Assembly: GCF_009914755.1 (NCBI RefSeq) | Contig: NC_060941.1 | Source: the human T2T-CHM13v2.0 reference genome, Homo sapiens | Length of the DNA stretch: 64,000 bases | Strand: one strand, 5' to 3' | Shown: one piece after another, positions 55,151 through 64,000 of the stretch | Layout of the letters: the number at the start of each line of letters is the position of its first letter | How positions within the stretch are numbered: the first letter of the stretch is position 1 | Notes under the pieces: model-generated | Database searches by the model: none | Seen by the model: the letters and a program-made list of their open reading frames with translations, nothing else | Told to the model about the DNA's origin: nothing | Position numbers and translations under genes: made by a program

Positions 55151-55619
55151 ATAACAAAGTTACTGTAATTAAGACAGTGTGGTATTGACACAAAAACCAA
55201 TAGAGTAGAATACAGAGTCCAGAAAGAGATCTACACATAATATGCCCATCGCCTTTACAACAAAGGTACCACTGCAATGGAGCAAGGAAAGGATGGCCTT
55301 TTAAATAAATGATGTTATTTCAATTGAATATTCATTTATTAAAAAGTTAATCTTGGTGCCTTCTTTATAGCATTCACAAAATATGTATCATTTTGCTAAA
55401 AATGGTATTACCAGGACAAATAGCAGAATGTGAATGGGTTTGAGAATTAGATGACATTTTTACATTATATCAATGTAATAATTTCTGAATTTTTATGATT
55501 GTATTGTTATTATGTAAGAGAATGTTCTCATTGGAGAAAAAACACAATAATATAGTTAATGGTGAGGGGACATTTTGTTGGCTATTTACATTCAGATATT
55601 TCAGATAAAAAAATTTTGT
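55151..55619 (+). repeat. Local direct duplicate of 49630-50008
   Basis: 55258-55619 versus 49650-50008: roughly a dozen differences over ~360 bp, counted by eye. Confidence 0.9.
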
Positions 55620-56065
55620 TTAGAAACAAAATATGTAGGTATAAGGTAGTTGCCTTATAAATGGAAGATAGTATTATTGTTGGATCACATTGGAGCGTGG
55701 TTTGTCCTCTTACATCCAGCAAGCTATACCTTCTATTTCACCTATAAATTATTTTATTTATACAATATTCTCAACTGGGACCAGTTTGACTAAGAACTGG
55801 AAGAAGAAGCTACTCATGTCAACAAAGGGCTGAAGTAATTATTTTTCACAATATTAATATCCAGTGAATTTCTTAGAAAACAATTATGCTTATAGGTTAT
55901 TCATCAGTTTAATCATTTTAAGGTAACATAACTTTAAGTTAAATAATGAAAGACAATTTTGATTTAAAGCGTATTAGTAATGCTTCACAATGATTTCAGG
56001 GCCACATGTGAAGTAATATGTGGCTCAAGGGATAAAGGTTGACTACCTATATGTTTCTACTTGAA

Positions 56066-56315
56066 AGGCACAGTGGTTAAGAGGATGGGCTTTGGAACTA
56101 TAGGGTCTGTTACTTAAATCCCATCCCTGCCACTTACTGCCAATGTATTATTTAGTAAATCACTTAATCTTGCTAACCTCAGTGTTTTCATCTGAAAAAC
56201 AGGGATGAAAATGCCTATCTTGGGATTATTATAAAGACATTTGTAATCTGGTAAAGTGAAATTGCTTAAAACAGTGTCTAGCACTTAGCAAGTGCCCTGT
56301 GACTGTTAGCTATTG
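56066..56315. mobile_element. MIR
   Basis: cacagtggttaagag...cctcagtgttttcatctgaaaaacaggga core. Confidence 0.7.
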
Positions 56316-56472
56316 TAATACACTCTGGTTTTTAAAACTATACAAATAGTTCCATGTACAATTCTAGAATCAGATCTTCATATTTTATGCAACCTGAGGC
56401 TATTAAGTGATAACTAATAACATATGCTCTATTTCTGCTGTTGAAACATTTGCTTTTGCTCTCCTTTTGCAG

Positions 56473-56616
56473 CTACACAGATACTCTTAGCTACTACCCA
56501 AATTCTCCAGAATGATCTAGTTGATGTCTCTGACCTCAAGACATTATTGATGGACAAGGACCTTCATACAGCTAATGCTATACTTACTGTAATGTTAAGA
56601 CATGTACCTGAACATG
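56473..56616 (+). CDS. EFCAB13: EFCAB13 coding exon (144 nt) ATQILLATTQILQNDLVDVSDL...LRHVPEH
   Basis: ctccttttgcag|CT acceptor, CATG|gttagt donor, phase 1-1. The gene continues beyond the window. Confidence 0.88.
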
Positions 56617-57555
56617 GTTAGTAGTTTCAATGCGTCTATCTTATAAGGACCATCCTCTACCACAGGGGTGGAAGGTCTATGGGTAGGACATGCAGGGATG
56701 GAGGGTATCCTGTGGAAGCTGAGGTGGGATGACTGCTGGACACTGGTACTGCCCCTACAGGTGTGCCAACCCTGAGCTTCATGGGGCCAAACAAATGGGG
56801 AAGTCAGAGCTCATCTTATCCCTGTGTGAGTCCACTGACAGTACCTAGGAGGTGAGATTATTTTGTGAACTGACTGACATGCACAGTGGTCAATCAGAAT
56901 GCCATCCATAGAGTAAAACAGGGTCCTGGAGGCCCTTTTGGTTTTTGGAAGGTAAATTATGATGATATCCAGGGATACCAGGGGGTGTTGCACATAGTGG
57001 TGGCTCAGGGCAGCAGATATTTATAAATATAAAAAATAATTTTACTATTTTAATGACAGGTATAGCTGAATATTATCCATGATGGGTTCTTAAAATGAGT
57101 TGGGGAGTATTTTTTTGTTTTGTTTTTTAAAAGAGACTTTTTTCTTCCTTGAATGTTGAGTAGAATTCATAGGTGAAGCCATGTGGGCCAAGAGTTTTTT
57201 TGTGAAAGGCTTTGGATTATTTATTTAATGTCTTTAAATGAATAGGATTAACAAGGTATTCTATTTTCTTGTTAGTTTTGGCAAGCTATGTTTTTAGAGG
57301 AATTCGTTCATTAGATCTGCCTTTTCAAATGTATTGAATAAAGTTGTTCTCTTTTTGACATCTGACATAGCTGTAATGCTATCCTCATTTTAATTCTCAA
57401 AATTAGTGGATTGTAGCTTCTTTTTTTTACTCTCGATTGAACTCCACAGTTTTCAATTTTATTAATCTTTTAAAAAATTCAACCTTTATCTTGATTGACC
57501 CTTTTAAAAATTTATTTCCTCTTTATTATTTTTGCTTTTATCTTTACTATAATGT

Positions 57556-57591
57556 CTATACTTGATCTTAGCCAAAAGGCTGATAAGTGAT
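57556..57591 (-). pseudogene. 3'-truncated U2 snRNA retropseudogene (first 36 nt)
   Basis: Reverse complement atcacttatcagccttttggctaagatcaagtatag versus U2 5' end ATCGCTTCTCGGCCTTTTGGCTAAGATCAAGTGTAG (4 mismatches). Flanked by tactat(a)atg. Confidence 0.88.
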
Positions 57592-58627
57592 TACTATATG
57601 CTGACTTATTACAATTCTTTTATTTTTAATTTTTATGGATAAATAATTGTTATACACATTTATGGGGTATGTGTGATATTTTGATACAAGTATTCAATAT
57701 ATAATGATCAAATCAGGATAGTTGGGTTATCTGTTACCTCAAGCATTATCAGTTCTTTGTGTTAGAAACATTCCAATTTCACTCTTTGTTATTTTGAAAT
57801 ATAAAATAAATTATTAACTATAGTCACTGTATTGTGCTACTGAACACCAGATCTTATTCCTTCTAACTGTATTTTGTACCCATTAACCAACCCCTTTTTT
57901 TAATCTCCTTCCGCCTATATCCTAACATCTATTTTTTCTTTGTTTTTTTTTAACTCTTTTTTTTCCTTTTTTCAGTCAGCTTCCCTAGGGTGAATATATC
58001 CCAATTTCTAGTGATGAATATTTAGCTCAATAATTTTAAGGATTTTTTTTTTGTTTGTAATACATACCTCACAGCAAATTTTCCTCAAAGTACTCATTTA
58101 ACTACATCCTACAAGTTTTGATATATAGTATTTTAATTATTGTTCAGGTCAAAATTTTTCTGATTTCTGTTGTCATTTTTTCTTCAACTCATGGTTTTAG
58201 AGGTATGTTTCTTAATTTCCAAAAATTTGAGGTTTTATAGTCATTACATTATTAATTTCTAGTTTAATTGCATTGTGGTGGTCAGTGAACATACTCTGAT
58301 TTTAGTCTTTTGAAGTTTGTTGAGGCTTGATTTATTGACTATGATAATTTTAGTAAATATTTTATGTGATTGAGAAGAATATATAGTCTGCAGTTGGGTT
58401 GGGTGAGAGTGTTCTATATATTAGATCAGATTTATTGTCAAATTCAAATTTTTTTATATTCTTACTGATGTTTTATTTCTTTGTTCAATAGTTACTGAAA
58501 CAGTTGTTCTAAAATCTTCTACAATTTTATACCATGATTATGTATTTGTCTACTTCTCCTTTTAATTCTGTCAGTGTTTGCTGTCTATAGTTTTAGCCCA
58601 TGTTGTTAACATGCTGACTTAGAATTA

Positions 58628-59267
<640 letters not shown>

Positions 59268-60715
59268 TCATCCAAATTAATAGAACATTTCATTATAAAG
59301 TATTCATATTTGTTTTTAATAATGCTTTTTTCTTAACATCTACCTTGATATTAGTATAGCAACATTGGCTATCTTTTTTTTAGGGATAACATATCTTTTT
59401 TGTCATTTTACTTTCATTCTTCCTGTATCCTTATATTTTAGATGTATCTCATGAATAGTACATGGCTTTGCCAGCCTGTTAGTGTCTTAAAAAATGTTTT
59501 ATTTGAAGTGTTTACATTTACAGAAGAGTTTTAAAGATAGTACAGAGTTCCTGTGTACCCTACCCAGCTTCCCCTAATGTTAGCATCATACATAGCCATG
59601 TAACATTTATTAAAACAAAGATATTAATATTGGGACAGTACCATTCATTAAACTACAGAATATATTTGGATTTCACTTGTTTTCACTAATGTTCTTTAAT
59701 GTCCCAGATCTAGTCTGGGATACCATGATGCATTTAGCTGTCATGTCTTATTAGCCTTCTCTAGTGTATGACAGTTTCTCAGTCTTTCCTTCTATTTAGT
59801 GAGCATGACACTTTGGAAGAGTATTGGTCAGGTATTTTGTATAAACCCTTAGTTTGGGTTTATCTCATGATTAGCCTGGGGTTATGCGCTTTTGGGATGA
59901 ATACCCCGAAGGTAAAGTGCCCTTTTTATTGCAACATATAATGCATTATATTAACATGATTTGTTACTGATGATATTAACCTTGATCACTTGAAGTGGTG
60001 TCTGCCATATTTTTTCGTCGTAAAGTTACTGTTTTTCCTTCTTTCAAAGTTTTTGTTAGATGCAAGTCATAAAGTTTAGCCCCATGCTCAAGAAGAAAAT
60101 TAAGCTATTCTTCTAGAGGGAGGAGTATCAAAGAATTTGGGGACGTGTGTTAAAATAACCACAGTAATTAATAAATATTTTGGAGGAGATACTTTGAGAC
60201 TGTGCAAGTATTCTGTTTCTCCTCTAAGTTTCTCCCACTAATTTTAGCATTCATTGGCAGATGAATTGCTAGCCTGTAGCAATTATTACTGTGTTGTTCT
60301 AATGTTGATTTTCTACTTCCCTCATTCCTTCTACATTTTAAAATTATTTGAAATTCTTCGGCAGGGACGATTTATTCCTTCACTCCCATTAATTAATTAG
60401 TAATATGTCTTTTAATTAAACCATGTGGTTAACTTACACTTATGAGATTACTAAAGTATTTGGCTTTAAATCTACCATTTTACTAGTACTTTCTATTTCA
60501 GCCACCTGTTCCATATTTCCTTTTCTCTTGGATTTTTTACTTTAAAAATTACTCAATTTCTTAGACAATAGCAAAACAAATATGACAAAATGATATAAAA
60601 TCCTTTTGGTGTGATAAGTATGTTCATTATTTTATTGTGATTATTGTTTATTTGTGTTTACAAATGTCAAAACTTTGTCAAATATCACAGTTTAAAAGTT
60701 GCTGTCTGTTGTGAT

Positions 60716-62148
60716 CCAGAGCAATCAGACAAGAGAAAAAAATAAAGGGTATCCAAATCAGTAAAGAGAAAGGCAAACTGTCACTTTTCATCGATGATAT
60801 GATCATATACCCAGAAAACCCTCAAGATTCATCCAAAAAGATCCTAGATCTGATAAATGAATTCAGTAGAGTTTCAGGATACAAAATCAGTGTACACAAA
60901 TTAGTAGCACTGCTATACACCAACAATGACCAAGCTGAGAATCGAATCAAGAACTCAATCCCCTTCACAACAGCTACAAAAAAAAAATAAATAAATACTT
61001 AGGAATATACTGAACCAAGGAGGTGAAAGATCTCCACAAGGAAAACTACAAAACACTGCTGAAAGAGAGTATCAGTGACACAAACAAATGGTCATGGATG
61101 TGTGGAATCAATGCTGTGAAAATTACCGTACTGCCAAAAGCAATCTACAGATTCACTGCAATTCCCATCAAAGTACCATGATCATTCTTCACAGAACTAA
61201 AAAAAGTCCTAAAATTCATATGGAACTAAAAAAGAGCCTGCATAGCCAAAGCAAGACTAAGCAAAAAGAACAAATCTGGAGCATCACATTACCTGTCTTC
61301 AAACTATACTGCAAGGCAGTAGTTATCAAAACAGCATGGTACTGTTATAAAAATAGGCATGTAGACCAATGGGACAGAATAGAGAACCCAGAATTAAAGC
61401 CAAATACAGCCAACTGATCTTCGACAAAACAAACAAAAGCATGAAGTAGAGAAAGGACATCCTATTCAACAAATGGTGTGGGGATAATTGGCAAATCACA
61501 TGTAGAAACACGAAACTGTATCCTCATCACTCACCTTATACAAAATCAACTCAAGATGGATCAAAGACTTAAATCAAAGATTTGAAACCATAAAAATTAT
61601 AGAATATAACATTAGAAAAACTCTTCTAGACATTGGCTTAGGCAAAGAGTTCATGACCAAGAACCCAAAAGCAAATGCAACCAAAACAAAAATAAATAGA
61701 TGGGACTTAATTAAACTAAAAAGTTTCTGCAAAGCAAAAGAAATAATCAGCAAACAGACAACCCACAGAATGAGAGAAAGTATTCACAAACTCTACATCT
61801 GACAAAGGGCTAATATCAAGAATCTACAAAGAACTCAAACAAGTCAGCAAGAAAAAAACAAAACCATCAAAAAGTGGGCAAAGGATATGAATAGACAGTT
61901 CTCAAAAGAAGATATACAAATGGCCAACAAACATATGAAAAAAATGCACAACATCACTATTTGTCAGGGAAATGCAAATTAAAACCACAGTGAGATACCA
62001 CCTTACTCCTACAAGAATGGCCATAATTAAATTGATGTCGGCATGGATGTGGTGAAAAGGGAACACTTTTACGCTACTGGTGGGAGTGTAAACTAATAAA
62101 ACCACTATGGAAAACAACATGGAGATTCCTTAAAAAACTACAAGTAGG
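60716..62148 (+). mobile_element. L1P (L1PB-like) ORF2 fragment, sense
   Basis: ORF2 remnants at 60799..60990 and 61088..61417. Lacks its 3' end. Confidence 0.85.
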
Positions 62149-64000
62149 TCTTTTGACTCCTTGGTTCAGTATATTCCTAAGATTTTTTTGTTTTTGTTTT
62201 TGTTTTTTTTGCAGCTATTGTAAAAGGGGTTGAGTTCTTGATTTGGTTCTCCACTTGGTCACTGTTGGTGTATAGAAGAACTACTGATTTGTGTACAGTA
62301 ATCTTGTATCTGGAAGCTTTGCTGATTCTTTTATCAGTTCTAGGAGCCTTCAGGAGGAGTCCTTAGGGTTTTTGAGGTAAACAATCATATCATCTGCAAA
62401 TAGTGACCGTTTGACTTCCTCTTTACCAGTTTCGATGCCTTTCTTTCTCTTGCCATATTACTCTGGCTAGGACTTCCAGTACTATGTTGAAGAGGAGTGG
62501 TGAGAGTGGGCATCCTTGTCTTGTTCCAGTTCTCAGAGGGAATGCTTTCAGCTTTTTGCCATTCAGTATTATGTCGGCTGTGGGTTTGTCGTAGATGGCT
62601 TTTATTACATTAAGGTATGTCCCTTGTATGCCTATTTTGCTGAGGGTTTTAATCATAAAGAGATGCTGGATTTGTCAAATGCTTTTTCTGCATGGTCATG
62701 TTATTTTTGCTTTTAATCTGTTTATGTGGTGTATCACATTTATTGACTTGCATATGTTAAACTATCCCTGCATCCCTGGTACGAAACCCACTTGATCATG
62801 GTGGATTATCTTTTTGATATGTCGTTGGATTCGGTTAGCTAGTATTTTGTTAGGGATTTTAGCATCTACATTGATCAAGGATATCAGTCCGTAGTTTTCT
62901 TTTTTGGTTATGTCCTTTCTTGGTTTTGGTATTAGAGTGATGCTGGCTTCATAGAATGAATTAGGGAGGGTTCCTTCTTTCTCTGTCTTGTGGAATAGCG
63001 TCAAAAGGGTTGGTACCAATTCTTCTTTGAATGTCTAGTAGAATTCTGCTGTGAATCATCTGGTCCTGGACTTTTTTTGTTGGTAATTTTTAATTACCAT
63101 TTCAATCTTGCTGCTTGTTATTGGTCTGTTCAGGATACCTAATTCCTCCTGATTTAAGCTAGGAGAGTTGTATTTTTCCAGGAATGTATCCATGTCTTCT
63201 AGGTTTTCTGATTTATGTGCGCAAGGGTGTTCATAGTAGCCCTGAATGATCTTTTGTATTTCAGTGATGTCAGTTGTAATATCTCCTGTTTTGTTTCTTA
63301 GTGGGGTTATTTGGATTTTCTCTCTTCTTTTCTTGGTTAATCTCACCAGTGGTCTATCAATTTTATTTATCTTTTTAAAGAACCAGCTTTTTGTTTCATT
63401 TATCTTTTGTATTTTTTTTTTTCAATTTCATTTAGTTCTGGTCTGATCTTTGTTATTTCCTTTCTTCTGCTGGGTTTGGGTTTGGTTTGTTCTTGCTTCT
63501 CTAGTTCCTTGAGGTGTGACCTTAGAGTGTCAGTTTGTGCTCTTTCAGTCTTTTTGATGTAGGCTATGAACTTTCCTCTTAGCACTGCCTTTGCTGTATC
63601 CCAGAGGTTTTGATAGGTTGTGTCATTATGGTCATTCAGTTCAAAGAATTTTAAAATTTCCATCTTGATTTCATTTTTGACCCAATGCTCATTCAGGAGC
63701 AGGTTATTCAAATTTTCTTGTATTTGCATGGTTTTGAAGGTCCCTTTTGGAGTTGATTTCCAGTTTTATTCCATTGTGGCCAGAGAGAGTGCTTGATATA
63801 ATTTCAATTTTCTTAAATTTATTGAGGCTCGCTTTATGGCCTATCATATGGTCTATCTTGGAGAAAATTCCATGAGCTGTGAATAGAATGTGTCTTCTGC
63901 AGTTATTGGATGAAATGTTCTGCATACATCTGTTAAGTCCATTTGTTCCAAGGTATAGTTTAAGTCCATTGTTTCTTTGTTGACTTTCTATCTTGATGAA
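62149..64000 (-). mobile_element. L1P ORF2 fragment, antisense, continues past the window end
   Basis: [20 protein letters not shown] and EN-domain remnants on the minus strand. Confidence 0.88.

Noticed and set aside
60716-64000. Twin-priming 5' inversion of a single L1
   Set aside because: The two pieces overlap in L1 coordinates, are diverged from each other, and neither has a poly(A) tail at the junction.

Overview
Primate (most likely human) genomic DNA, AT-rich and repeat-dense. It covers the middle-to-3' part of a + strand multi-exon EF-hand gene that I recognise as EFCAB13. I traced 13 spliced coding exons by hand (1121-56616). All are GT-AG and all are phase 1-1 symmetric, and they form a repeating long (~144 nt) + short (~72 nt) module. 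This haplotype has an in-frame TAG at 1540-1542 in the first exon, so the allele looks like a nonsense allele. The introns hold a near-full-length antisense L1PA element whose ORF0-like frame is still open, two same-orientation SVAs that share unusual variants, a full-length NFE2L3 processed pseudogene interrupted by a very young AluY, a Tigger2 fragment, a MaLR LTR, a 36-nt U2 snRNA retro-fragment and many Alus. The most interesting non-standard signals are: (i) a 150-nt open, in-phase fossil exon at 34171-34320 whose donor reads ATGAGT instead of GTGAGT; (ii) a 120-bp copy of a coding exon plus its donor pasted inside the Tigger2 end; (iii) layered local duplications, one of which preserves the empty pre-insertion site of the pseudogene. 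I found no convincing wholly new biological system. The picture is of a modular exon-repeat gene gaining and losing exons and possibly decaying. Gene and repeat-subfamily names come from recall, not from database searches. Most ORFs in the supplied track are repeat-derived noise.
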